A stretch of DNA of 60,472 nucleotides, counting the filler, from Diploschistes diacapsis (Eukaryota), in assembly GCA_023645945.1 (NCBI GenBank). It is 5 parts of 5 records of this genome, joined end to end, with 100 filler letters (N's around TTAATTAATTAA, not from the genome) between each part and the next. Parts side by side here need not be neighbours in the genome. Positions count along the whole stretch, not along the records: positions 24,260 to 36,268 come from JALAIB010000772.1; 4 more parts are not named here. One strand, given 5' to 3'. The notes beneath the pieces were generated by a model. It ran no database searches and had not been told where the DNA came from. It saw nothing but the letters and a program-made list of their open reading frames with translations. Below, one piece after another: positions 24,260 through 36,268 of the stretch. Numbering within the stretch: position 1 is the stretch's first letter; each line of letters begins with the position of its first letter. Position numbers and translations under genes: made by a program.

Positions 24260-26173
24260 TTTGCAACGCCTACCGACACGAGGAGGACTCGCGCCTCTCG
24301 GTGACTCTGTCTCTCATGCTGGAGAAAGATTAGGATTTTGATGTTGTGGCGCATTAGGATATCAAATGCTGTTCATGCCATGGGTTGTCGCTGGTAGGCG
24401 AGCTTCGATTTTTATTTATTTTTTTGGTTTATCTTGCCGGGAGACGATGTGGGATTTTTGTGTCTGTATGGGTGCAGGGGGTGGGGACTTTGAAAAGGAA
24501 GGAGAGGGGAGTTTACACGGCTTGAACACCGTGGTGGCGGCGGCGGCGGCGCGAGGCTAGCTATTATGTTTTATTCTGTAGGTGGAGGGAGGTGCTATTG
24601 TCTGTTTCGGCCGGGGTTTTGTGTAAAGGCGCCCATCTATTGTGTCTTGAAGAAGGAGGGGATCGTTATTGATGGATGCTGTTCCTCTTCCAAAAGTTTT
24701 CTTTGAAATGTTAAGCTCGGGTGTACTGCGCTTCCGCATTGACTTGCTACTTCATATGAATTTCATACTTGTTGTGTTCTTGTTAAACGTCCGTTCTTCT
24801 ATTGTGTTTTCTAATGCCCAGCCGCTGTGACTTTGATATGCTTCAAGTCTTGGAATTCTGGCGCATAATGGCCGTGGAGTGTATGAATGCTGAACGATAA
24901 TATTGCCATGAGCAGCTATTGTAGATGCTCTACTTTTACGAAGAGCTTGCGCCTCTTAACCCTCGTGCTTTCTGTGCCTTCATTCACGCTTATTTTTCTT
25001 CCTATTGAGCTCTGCATTGGCCACCCGTTATGACTGTAGTATCGTTGAGATCTCGCATCCTGGCGCTTTTGGTCGACATTGTCGGCTTTGAGCAGCTATT
25101 GTAGACGCTGCGCTATCAGCAATTGTGCTGACATTCCCATTGATGAAGAGGTAGGTGAGCGTTGCAGGATTTTATATTTTCTGTGCAAGAGGTAGGATGG
25201 ATTTCTTTCCTTCTTCATGCCCGGACTTAATTCGATTTGAGGTTCGAGATATCGCGATTTCATCAACGGTGTTGTATTCACTCATGAGCTGGCGTGAGGG
25301 GTCTTATCAAGAACTGGTACCTGCCCACTGGTTAGCTGTTGTTAAAGATCCCATCGGGAGCTTGTACTGGCCTACCGGCTATCTGTCGCTGAAGTTCCTT
25401 TCAGAAACCTATCCCGGCTCATTTGTTAGTTGTCTTCGTGCACGCTTTGCAGCGTACCCCGAGCTTTGCGATAAAGACTTCAGCAAGCAGTCCTCCTGTT
25501 AGGTTAGTTACGTATCATCATTCGCAAGCAGGTATCCTGTCCCTTTTGGGTTACCGTCGCTCAAGTTTTACGGCATACACGGACAGCATAGCAGGCCTTC
25601 CTACAAAAGCTTCACGGTGTCGAACTTCCCGACCATCCTCACCGACGTTTCACAGCAGACCCAGAAGATCAAGCACGTCCATCCTCACTGAAGGTTCGAT
25701 TGTCGACCTCCTGTCCCTCATCACCGACACTTAGCAGCATAACCGCAAAGGAAACCGCAAGTCTCACCCACAGCACATTTGAGCAGCCTGCACTCGGCCA
25801 TTCCCCTTTATAGTCGTCAACTCTTAGTATTCGTTCACTCGCGCCGGTCGTTCGCCCGCGGTATTCATTTTCGCCTTCAGCATCCGCTCGCCCTTAGCAG
25901 TCGTTTGCCCTGGGCAGCTGTTGGCTATCAGCGCTCGTTCTCTCAACAGACGTTCGCTCTCAGCAATTGTTCGCACGCAGCTATTGTTTGCACCACCGAG
26001 CCCGTCGTCAGCAGTCAGCTGTGTCGTCCATATCCAGTTGACGTTCATTTATCTTCGATACTCACACCCGCACGCTTTTTTTTTTTTTTGCAGCGAAACG
26101 GCAGCCGGAACCGCTCTCAAAAGATTCCGAATCGGTCTTTTTGATATTCTCTTCGTCGAACAACCCGCCCAAC

Positions 26174-27898
26174 ATGAGGAGTATGTACAGGATCGCGCTC
26201 GGCTGGATCCGCGAGGCGACGGTCACCTTGAACCATTGGCTGGAGGATATCGTCATTGACAATAAAGCGCTCCTCCTCGATTCCGACGTAGCCTCCGGAG
26301 GTGCCGGACAGGTGTTCGCCGCGGTCAACAAGGAGACGCAGAAGATCCACGTCGTGAAGATCGTGGGGGAGACCAATCCGGGCTTCGAGAGGCAGAGGGG
26401 TGCGAAGAAGGAGATGAAGAGGATGCGGAAGGGGACGAAGGCGGCATACCAGGCCGAGCCGATGCACACGAGGATGACTGCATTGCTGGCGGAGGCGGAC
26501 CGCAACCTTGTGGCCTACAACCAAGCGGAGATCCGCAACTACATCGATATCATCCGCAAGCCGCATCCCAACGTCGCAGCCCTCGAGGGGTTTGCGAGTA
26601 TTCCGAGCATCCCCGGTGGAGAAGGGTACCTGCTGTTCCTCGAGTACTGCGACGGCGGAGACTTGTACTCGTTCGTCAGGCAGTTCCAGCGTCGCGGTCT
26701 CTTCTTTCCCGAATTCTTTATTTGGCAGGTATTCGAGAGCCTGCTGGCCGCCGTCGCGTGGCTGCACAAAGACAATCCCGACTACCAGCACGACCCGGAC
26801 GTAGCTTCGCGACCGGCCCTCATTCACGGAGACATCAACGGCCCGAACGTCCTGCTCAGATTCTCCCCGGACAACATGATCTGGCCGACCGCGAAGCTGC
26901 ACGACTTCGACGGAGCCATCCCCTTGTGGGACGACCGCGAGACCTTCGAACTAAACTTTGGCAAAGAGGGTTCGGACCCACCGGAGAGACCGACCAAGTC
27001 AATGAAGGGTGATGTGTGGGGCGTCGGGGCAACGATACACTACCTCGCTCATTGCGGATATGGGCCCGAGGTAGCCCGACCGCCGCCCTATGCGTCGCCT
27101 CTGGGCTCGGACCGCAACGGCTGTCAAGTTTGGGAGTTTCCCCCGTACTTATCGCAGGAATTGCAGAACGTGGTTTGCTTGGCGCTGAAGATGGAAATGG
27201 CCGAGAGGTTGGGAGCAGGGGAGCTGTTGATGTACGTCAGGGAGAAGATGACCGCGTTGGGTATGTGGGAGGCGACGAGGGCGGTACCGGAGTGGCTGGA
27301 AATGGAGGTGAAGAAGAAGCTGAACGGGCTGGATGTCGTAAGAACGAGGAAGAACGGGGATGAGGAGGTAGACTCCGGAAGCGAGGAGGAAGAGGGGCAA
27401 GAGCACCACCACGAGAGGCAGCGCAATGTGTCATCACAGAGGAGCCAGGACGGCAACGTCGGGAGAGCAGACAACACTGTCCCTGACGCGATAAACCCTC
27501 CGGCATGGGGTGGCAGCAGCAGTCGCGCCGAGGCGGGAGAGCAAGCCAATCGCCCTCAGGGCACCTCTCCTCGCTCGAACCGAGCCGACGATCCTGGATC
27601 ACAAGGAGCTAGAAGCCAACGCAACGCCAAATTCAAAGAAAATAGACCGACGGGAAGTCAAGGGCAAGCACAGCGACTACAGAGCCCAAAGAAGCGCAGA
27701 GCCCCGGCTAGTGGAGATGAGGACGATGATGATGCTGAAACGGCACGGCCAAGGAAGACTCGGCGTATGCTGAGGGTCGAAGTACCAAAAGCCGCAGCGG
27801 AGTTGAGAAGAGCCCCGCGTCGACAGGCCAAGGAGGAAGCGAAACAGAAGATAGGAAAAATTGCGGGCAGAGGCAGGGGAGGACTTGGGCGGCCTTGA
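26174..27898 (+). CDS. Divergent protein kinase-like protein with low-complexity basic C-terminal tail
   Basis: ASGGAGQV, VVK, HPNV, LFLEYCDGGDL, FPEFFIWQVF, LIHGDINGPNVLL, KLHDFDG, DPPE, KGDVWGVG. Intronless; first ATG at 26174. Confidence 0.85.
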   Translation: MRSMYRIALGWIREATVTLNHWLEDIVIDNKALLLDSDVASGGAGQVFAAVNKETQKIHVVKIVGETNPGFERQRGAKKEMKRMRKGTKAAYQAEPMHTRMTALLAEADRNLVAYNQAEIRNYIDIIRKPHPNVAALEGFASIPSIPGGEGYLLFLEYCDGGDLYSFVRQFQRRGLFFPEFFIWQVFESLLAAVAWLHKDNPDYQHDPDVASRPALIHGDINGPNVLLRFSPDNMIWPTAKLHDFDGAIPLWDDRETFELNFGKEGSDPPERPTKSMKGDVWGVGATIHYLAHCGYGPEVARPPPYASPLGSDRNGCQVWEFPPYLSQELQNVVCLALKMEMAERLGAGELLMYVREKMTALGMWEATRAVPEWLEMEVKKKLNGLDVVRTRKNGDEEVDSGSEEEEGQEHHHERQRNVSSQRSQDGNVGRADNTVPDAINPPAWGGSSSRAEAGEQANRPQGTSPRSNRADDPGSQGARSQRNAKFKENRPTGSQGQAQRLQSPKKRRAPASGDEDDDDAETARPRKTRRMLRVEVPKAAAELRRAPRRQAKEEAKQKIGKIAGRGRGGLGRP

Positions 27899-28299
27899 CG
27901 TTATGAACTGCGTGGGCTCTGGTAGGCATCCCAATCTGCATAGTAGCCTGTTAGATGAATTTATCAGTGTCTGCGATCGACATTTGCCCCTATGGCTTCC
28001 GCAGTTTGAATAAGAAGCCTATTTTGATTGGTAACCTAATGCCTTGGTTCCAACCAATCCGTTGATCTGATACTATGCCATTAGTGCAAAGGATACTCGG
28101 GCACAAAGTACCTTCCAGACCCCCATCATGGCCGCAGGATTGACCGTTCAAAATTCCTTTGTCCACCAGATGATCAAGGCTAATGAGCATTGTCCTCGAC
28201 ATTGGTTTCCACTCTCTTTGTCATTTCTAAAAGACATTGTGCCTTACACTCATACAAAGAAGGGAAATCGCCTCGAAGCAGGAAGGCATTTAACCCCGA

Positions 28300-29940
28300 A
28301 TGGCTCCGCGCTCTTCGAAGCAACTAATTCACATTTCCTCTTCGATTGTTGAAACATATAAAAGCCAGAGGAATTCGATCACGTCCCAGAACGTCCGACA
28401 CCCAATCGGAATGCCACGTCCGTCATGGCTGGAGGTTATTCGGCGTCTAACCGGCGGCAACTGTGAGCCCGTGGTCCTCTGCCGGGACCAACGCGATGGA
28501 TCGCTCGTTGTGGCCAAGACCTGGCATTTGAACGTGTTCGATGAGGTAGAGGAACCGGAGAACGTGACGCTATATCGTCGGCTGCCTCGTCACGAACGAA
28601 TTATTAAACCGCTAGAGTTTCTTTCGCATTGCCCAGGGGGAAGAGACTATACCGTCGTATACGAGTGGTGCAATGCCGGCTCCTTGAGCGACCTTCGTCG
28701 CCACGCCGAATACGAGAAGGAACCACTCCCTGAAGTATTTCTGTGGCACATGATCGCGCAGGTACTCGAAGGCCTACAAGTCTGCGCTGCAGAAGGCGTC
28801 AGCCATAGCGACTTGCACTCTGGCAATGTGTTCCTACATTTTCCCGGACCTATCGAAGAGAACTGGCCAAGAGCTGTGTTGGGGGATTTCGGGGAGGCAA
28901 TCGAGGGATGGACTATTGAGTATTCTTTGCGGAATGACTTGGTCCGGTTTTTCCTCAGTGTCCTCACTATGCTCCACTGTGTTGACGTACCGAAACAACG
29001 TCGTTCGACGACGTCTCAGTACTCCAAATCGATTTTGGAATGGGTGGGCCTAATTGCGGGACAGTCCTTGAGCCTACTTCCTCCTGAGTTCTCAGAAGTT
29101 ATGCGCGAGCTATACCCACGAATCCCTAGCTATGTGGAAAGTTGCAAAGGCAAGAAGGTTATGCCACTGTGGATGGTAAGCTATTTTAAGAACTTGCAGA
29201 AACATGCTGAGATGTGCCCAGTCGAGTCCGGACAGGCTGGAACTGCAAGTATCGAGATACTCAGCAGCGATTCGATTCCTGAGGGGCAACCCTGCAAGCG
29301 CTCGTCAAGCTCGCTGGGAGGCATGAGTGAGAGAACGCTAAACGGGCTTGGAACACCCTCCACGCTATCGTCCAAGCTAACGATTTCAGATTCCGATTCT
29401 GGTTGCAAGGCTGCCAAATTTGATGACTCCTCTCCGGCAAGCAGCTTTACTGAAGATATCCGGGAGCAAATTGTGCACCCTCTTCCTGAACCATCTATCG
29501 CTTCTGAGGTTGGAAATAAGAGGTCAGATACCGATAGCAGATCCTCGTCTGAACCTAGCTTTTTAGCCGGGCCAGCAGTCCTTCAATCCGCTAACGCAAA
29601 AATTCGCGACCTCGACTGCACCGATGAAGAAATGACTTCTGATTCCAGTTTGAGCGACGAGATGGTGGACGATTTGCTCAGACCTCCACCACCGGAGCCT
29701 GAAGCTGCCAGCAGCAAAGCTGAAGCAGCGTCGGCCAAAGGCCTGTTACTACCGGATCTGACAGTGGAACGGAAAGCTTTGATTGCTCAGCTCGAAGCTC
29801 ATTTCGCACCGGGCGCTTCAGCGGAGTACACCATAGCGATCGAGCGCGCTTTTGCACTAAGGGCAGCCAGCCAAGACCGGAAAAGGCTAGAGTTTATCAT
29901 GACAATAGCAAGCGAAGGGCTCCGGCATTTAACGCAATGA
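28300..29940 (+). CDS. Highly divergent protein kinase-like protein with Ser/acidic tail
   Basis: LVVAK, HERIIK, VVYEWCNAGSLSDL, LPEVFLWHM, HSDLHSGNVFL, AVLGDFGEA. No recognisable APE motif. Intronless. Confidence 0.78.
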   Translation: MAPRSSKQLIHISSSIVETYKSQRNSITSQNVRHPIGMPRPSWLEVIRRLTGGNCEPVVLCRDQRDGSLVVAKTWHLNVFDEVEEPENVTLYRRLPRHERIIKPLEFLSHCPGGRDYTVVYEWCNAGSLSDLRRHAEYEKEPLPEVFLWHMIAQVLEGLQVCAAEGVSHSDLHSGNVFLHFPGPIEENWPRAVLGDFGEAIEGWTIEYSLRNDLVRFFLSVLTMLHCVDVPKQRRSTTSQYSKSILEWVGLIAGQSLSLLPPEFSEVMRELYPRIPSYVESCKGKKVMPLWMVSYFKNLQKHAEMCPVESGQAGTASIEILSSDSIPEGQPCKRSSSSLGGMSERTLNGLGTPSTLSSKLTISDSDSGCKAAKFDDSSPASSFTEDIREQIVHPLPEPSIASEVGNKRSDTDSRSSSEPSFLAGPAVLQSANAKIRDLDCTDEEMTSDSSLSDEMVDDLLRPPPPEPEAASSKAEAASAKGLLLPDLTVERKALIAQLEAHFAPGASAEYTIAIERAFALRAASQDRKRLEFIMTIASEGLRHLTQ

Positions 29941-31679
29941 TGCAAGGCCGCCGGACGGAGGCGCGGGACCGGAGAACGATCATCCGGTTGATAGATGTGA
30001 CTGGAGTGTGTAGGAAGTACCGGCATGAATTCGAGGAAGTGCTTGCAGAACAGCGCTTGGTGATGACGCGCGCTCCGGGAGATCAGATGGATTGTGAACA
30101 GGATTAGGTTGAGCTCAAAGTCCCTGCCCTACCAACGAGCTCGGCATGAGAGGATAGAGATTGTTCGCCTTTTTTTAGCTCACAAGAGCTAGGCATTAGA
30201 GGTATAGTTTCATAGAGAATAAGGTGTCTTACTGCTCACCATAGTCGCGTAGGTAAGATCAACACACTTGTACTCGGTCTCCATGGCAGCTCAGACTAGG
30301 TCTGTTAAAGTTCCTCCGTTGAGGAAAGTGATTGCTTAGTCCACTTATTGCCATCATTGCCTCGAGCTTCAACCTAGCCTACTTGTTAGTGTTCTTTCTC
30401 AGATAAAATGAGCAAGAAAAAGCATAGGGCATCTCCTGCTCGTACCTTCGTTCCGACCAGAGAAGTAAACTCTCTAGGTTGCTATATGCACATATGCTGC
30501 ATCAACGCCAAAGCTCTAGAAAATTTGAAGAGACTAGCCCCTCAGATCTTTCTCTATACCACTGTAGGACTATTCATCGCCTTCGAGAAGTTGGGACAAC
30601 TTCAATGCCAGGTTTCCAGACTGGATGGCGGCCGTCAAGGAACCTGGGGTCGTGATCCATCGGCGATGAAAGCAGTACATCGGCTCCATTGTCTCCCCTT
30701 ATCTGAGCTTGTATTTCTGGGTCGTCATTCAGGGAAGAGCTCTGACCTAGGTAAAAGCTTAGAGGACAACACGGACACTGGATGATCGCCACCTTCGACT
30801 TTAAATCAGAGTCGTAATGAGCCTCGGACATCTGCGATGCCTCAAGTCTCCTTGGCACTGTGGCTGTTCCTTCCGGTGGCGGGTGACCTTGCATAAATGA
30901 ATCTTGTATGTTTGGAGCGGGATAGCGAGGTGTTATTCATGAAGCATGACAAAAAAAATAGGAAGAAAGCTAGTAGGCGAGGGGAAAACAAGAAGGAGCG
31001 CGTGGCTTTCATTCTTTGTATATCTTTCACTTGGAAGCCCCATTCCACCCACGGTGGAACTCGATGCTTTTCACCTTTTGCATGCACGACTAGCTAAGAC
31101 AATATCAGGAGCACTTGGTCGATACTCAAACAAGGTATTCTGAGCAACAAGACTTGCCAGTTGGAGATTGCCCGAGGAGGCGTTTAACTAGGAAAGAAAA
31201 GAAAAAGGTATCGATTCGGTTAGTGCTTTCGGACAGATTGATAGACAACCAATCCGCTCTGGCGGTTGCAGCGCGCTGGTCCACGGGATTCCTACTTCCA
31301 AAGCCACTGCGCTGCACACCACTGTCGCATCATTAGCTTAGATAGCAGTGATTGAGGATCGATTAGTATTATTGGCTGTAGCATCAAATACTCCATGCAG
31401 TGCGTCGTCCTTGCTACCCCATGGTTAGTAATGACGACTATCTATCCTCAACTCAGAACCCTATGGGGTAGACCTGTGAAGCTCCCCTGATGGGTATGTG
31501 CTGTTTGATTCTGTCGCTGTCACTGCGATGCCCCATGTGTATATGCCATAACTCCTGTGACTCGGTGTTATCTTTGTGACCCAATTGATTAATCTGCTTT
31601 TCGAAACTGCAGTGATGATCTTGAAAGATATCCTCGCTGTGTTATGGGATGTACACAGGTAACCTTCCGAAGTTCGGCC

Positions 31680-33300
31680 CTAATTACCATGTTCATCCTT
31701 TTCTTCAGAGCCTTCATCCACCCACCACCTCGTAGTGAAAGATTCCTCGAATTCCTCCCATGCACCGCAACACTGCTCGGGATCCGAAAGCATTCCCTGC
31801 TGCAACATCATATCCCGATTCCTAGTGGCCCATAGAGAATGTAGAATATATGGCGGTATTGACATATGCTCTGGGGAATTTTTCAGACTTCTATCCACTA
31901 CCTCGGACCCATGATGGGATATAGGGACCTGGTACGTAACACGAAACGCGTTGATTAGAATTAGTTGACATGTTGCTGCCGTTTGAGAATTCCGCTACCG
32001 CAAAAGACTACCCTTGCTGTCCTATAGTTCATCATTTCGTCTTCACCACGCGAGTATGACCGTTCAAAATTGCTGCGCTCCACGTAGCCACGGATCGATA
32101 TTGGCAGGGTGCCGTTTCTTTCATAATTCCCCAAAATACTCCACTCCATATCAATCTTGGGAGCATCCTCGTCGATCAAGAACCAGAGAGGATCATGGCG
32201 TGTTACCTCAGGACGTAACAACACAGCTGCCTTTGCCATGCGACGTAACGTATCACAAGCACTGTCACTCGACCTACGGTAACACGCCTCTGTCGCTTGT
32301 TTAGCCCAGCCTGCGGTTGCATTGACTTTATTTTGAAGCGTAGGTTTTGATGGTCGTCCAAGTTCTCCGTGTCGAAGCTCAAGTTCCTTGCGAACCCCTC
32401 AAAGGCATGTTGCACGCTCTTATTGTCAAGCTGACCTTGATGTACGGTCCCGAGGAGGGCATTACGCAGCTCAATTGGTATCGGCTTGTGCTTTCGGGGC
32501 CCCAGAACGTTTCTATGGTGGAGGGTCTTGTTGACTTTCTCGTGCTGTGTGGCAGTCTTCCAGAGGAATTGTTGTGGGAGTCCCAGGTGGTGTTCCGAAA
32601 GCGGTCTCTGAAGCTATCTCTAAAGCTTGTCCCGGGACAGGCTCAGAATCGGTCGTCGTGGCATTGTCTTCAATGTTACGCATCCCACTAGTGGCGGCCT
32701 TGGGTTTCTTATTCTTCTTTTCTTGATCCCTGTACGAGCCGGTTCCATGACATCGCTTATGAATGATCTCGGTTGCGGGGCGGAGGCCTTATATGACGAG
32801 GCCCACCAACAACTGATTCCCTATCATGGCTTGGGTTAACCACACCTCTTAAATTCTGCCAATGTTGATTGTGAAATCTCCTGCCGCGGATGGGACCGAG
32901 TAATTGCCTGTAGAGGTAGTTGGAAATTTGTTGACGTACTTTATGTGTAGTCTGTCTTACCCTCTAGCCCGCAGGTCAGGTGTTATGGAGGTGGAGGATG
33001 GTGGAGCCTGAGTTGCTCTGAGCTCCGTAACTGCTTGAGGTAGCTTGGGTGGCTGGTGTAGTCGGAAGCAGTCCTGTCCTTGTAGTATTGTTGGCTGTTT
33101 GGAGAAACTCGAGGGCGATGGGGGACATGATTGCCATTCAAACTTGAGTTGCTCTCTGAGTTAACTTCAGCAGGCGAATTTGCTGGGCGAGACCAATCGC
33201 TCTTGCGCTTCTGCTTCTGAAAGCCAAGATTGTTGGAAGCTGCTCCTCTAGGTTTCTAAGCTTCCTTTACCTTTTTTTGAAATTCCTGTTCAAATTGGTG
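31680..33300 (-). pseudogene. Possible decayed multi-exon orphan gene
   Basis: Chain of same-strand open frames (about 32620-32203, 32239-31961, 31928-31680). Candidate introns at 32960-32908 (GTAAGA..TACAG) and 32011-31929 (phase 0, joins two frames). No recognisable domain. The 5' limit is a guess. Confidence 0.25.
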
Positions 33301-33692
33301 CGCCGCACTACTGCACAATGTAAAATTCCTCGAACGGAGTGGAGCGCTTCAGATTAGTTAGTCGCTCACTCTTGTAAACGACGAGGAAATCACGTGGGGT
33401 TCCGCCGCATACGATCAGGAGTCAGGAATGGACTGTAGACCGTTCGGAGGAGTCCCCTGAATCCGTCGACAAACAGCTCCAGTGTCAACCGAAGGCCCAT
33501 GGTTTTTCTCTGTGGATGGATGGGGTCGTCTATGAATTGCTTGATTCCGGCCCATAACCGTTGCCTATCCATCTCGTTCGTGACGCCGATTTGGCATTGC
33601 CCTCATCGCTGTTCTCTACAGGTAGCTTTGCATTACCCATGCTAGACTTGAAAAGGCTTTCCATAACCATCGTTTGGACCTGCTACGACAGC

Positions 33693-35322
33693 CTAAAGCC
33701 TAGAAGAACGGAGACACTCGGAAGCTACCCTTCCTTTCGGACTCGGAGAAGCGCTCGGAGCGTCTGTTGCGTCAAGCCTTTCTCCTGCTCCTAGAAGAAG
33801 CGAAACCAGGTTCGTGACATCAAACGAATTTTCAAGACTGAGAACTTCCGCCTCAATGGCTTGCTGTTCTTCAGGCTTGAGAACTCCGTGCGTGGTGACT
33901 CGCCATTTCTCGAGAATCTCGTCATTTGACAACGGCGAGGTCTGGGAACGTGGCGCATGAAGAAGCTTCTGCTGAACCCTTTCGCCAAATGATATGCTAA
34001 CCCGATGGCTCCATTGATTCTCGTGTGCGGCGTCGAAGTCCGGATCGTGTCGGCATTCGATTTTGTCGATTATGGACCAGAGATCCGACCTATTCAATTG
34101 CGCGTCGTCCAGGAATTGTGCCACTGTGACTTTGCGATCTAGAAGCTGAAGCGCCATTGCATAAGATGCGTTCATTTGAGCACCGGTCATTGTTATCGGC
34201 TTCTTTGCCTTCCAACCTCCTTTCTTGAAGGCAGGCTCTGACATATCTACCGTCACATTGGAGATGTTATGCAGATTTTCGACGGCGAGGAGTTGGGGGC
34301 ACTCCTCTTGCAAGGCTCGTATGCAGTCGATAGGAACATGCGTAGCTGCCATCGATGCATACGGCTTGACGACGATCTGGTCGATCTCCCAACGCTGACC
34401 GAGCTGGGCAGTCACAAGCTCCGGCCTGTTGGGTGGGTCTCGTTTGTTTCCTAGGCTAAAGTTGCTCAAGAAGCCCCCGTACGGTCGCTCCAAAACTTGC
34501 TTGATGCCCGTGTAGTCCTTTGCGGCCATCAGAGCTGCGAAGAGCCCATTGCGAGCGGCAAACCCGTGCTGCATGCGTTTGACCATGCTTTCATATTGGG
34601 CAGACATCAACCCGCCGGCTTGAGTGCAGGCGATTCCAATAGCGTCTTCGATCTTGTCTGCCGGTAATCGCAAAAGTTTCGACGCGGCCGCGGCGGCCGC
34701 AGCAGGCCCGAAAATCGCACCGGAGTGCCAACCTCTTGAGAGGACGTCGAGTCCGTAGAGCCCAAGCCCTATCCGGGGCCCTATCTCGTATCCCAATATC
34801 GCAGCAAGGAGGAAGGAGCCTCCATCGATCTTTGGAGAATCGGAACTCTTACCGTGCCCGGAAAGATGTTCGGCGAGCGCAAGCAGTACAGGCACTATGA
34901 TCGCCCCAGAATGAATAGGAGCGCCGGGGTGGTAATCGTCTAGCTCCAGGCCCTGAATGAACGTGCTGTTCAACAAGGCGGCCGTCAAAGGAGTCACTTT
35001 CTAAAATGTCGATCAATTAGATCAAACACATCATTGTGCAACTTGTCAAATCGGATCTGGTCCCTACCTTTGACCACCTAAGTACGCCGCAAGAACCTGA
35101 AGCTTCGATACCGAACGTACCGCGTGCTGCTACCTTCGACCAAGGCAGTTGAGCGCCGACGAAACCGCATGCGAGGCTATCCAGAATCAGGTACTTCACC
35201 CGCGTCTTGACATGCACCGGAACATCTGCAAGCGATATGAGATCGACCCAGCGACAGAGCCGGCCAGTGCAGCTTCCGGAGTCGCTCGATAGCTGGATCG
35301 GCCCACTGCTGGAACCCATCAT
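33693..35322 (-). CDS. MmgE/PrpD-family protein, cis-aconitate decarboxylase (CadA/IRG1)-like, 2 exons
   Basis: KYLILDSLAC..VGAQLPWS, intron 35067-35001, NSTFIQGLELDDYH..APIHS, GYEIGPRIG, GWHSGA, EDAIGIACTQAGGLMSAQY, MVKRMQHGFAARNGL, VLERPYGGFL. About 520 aa. Confidence 0.88.
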
Positions 35323-36268
35323 GGAAGCGGAAACCAAGAAAGGTCGAATGTGTCTGATCTGCCGAATTCTCCAACGCTCCGAGTAAGTGAGGATAGATAG
35401 ACAGGTACTATCTCGCAGGCTATTTGCTTGGGGTTGTTCAGTGCCTTTATACTATGCAGGCTTCAATCCAAAACTTAAGTATTTCTAGCCATGAACGGTG
35501 TCGCAACAACTCTAGGTAAACAACTAGACCCCAGTGACTAGGTAAAGCCCCATCTGAAGTTTATTACACCGGTTTGGCAGGCCTGGGTCACATCGCGCAT
35601 GATCGGCGGACTGGCCATCGCTGAGCTGCCCGCAGATCTCTCAAAAGGAGAGGCATTCGTGGGGGGTTGAGGCTGTGAAGGTCGTCGCAAGTATGCGCAC
35701 CAGGCTTTGCATTTCATTAGTCTGGAGATATGTGCATTCACAGAAACTCCCATCCAAAGTCCCCGACCTCGCTCCAAGTAGGTATTCTCGCGCTTCCACT
35801 TTTTGGTTTTGGTCCCAGGTACAGGTGGTATGTGTCAATCATATTTTTGATTCGCTCTTACAGTTGTTTTTTTTTTTTTTTTCCCCTCCACCACCTACCC
35901 AGTCTCTTATTTTCATTTGCCCGATCAAGGGCTGCGGAGAGAAACGAGAAAGAGCCTACTATTGCGCCTCGCTCGCTATCCCTATCCCCGTTCGCTGTTA
36001 TAAACCCTAGAACCCTTCATTTACAAATTTATGTTCAAGACTCCCAAGGACTTTCTACGTTCAAAAACAAAAATTAATTTCATCATACTCTCCTACTCTC
36101 ATTTCACGGAAAGAACTCTCATCTTCCAGCTTAAGCAACACGCAGCCTCCCCATCACCGCATTCTCCAAAAACCCTCTACTCTGGCGTCCTACATCAGCA
36201 GCCCTCCCTCCAGCCCAGCCCAGCCTTCCATTCCCATCCCGCACCCCTATTCCAAACCCTCTCAACTC

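Noticed and set aside
24909..25109. 21-bp direct repeat as a CRISPR-like array
   Set aside because: Only two copies 180 bp apart, in a eukaryotic context with no cas genes.
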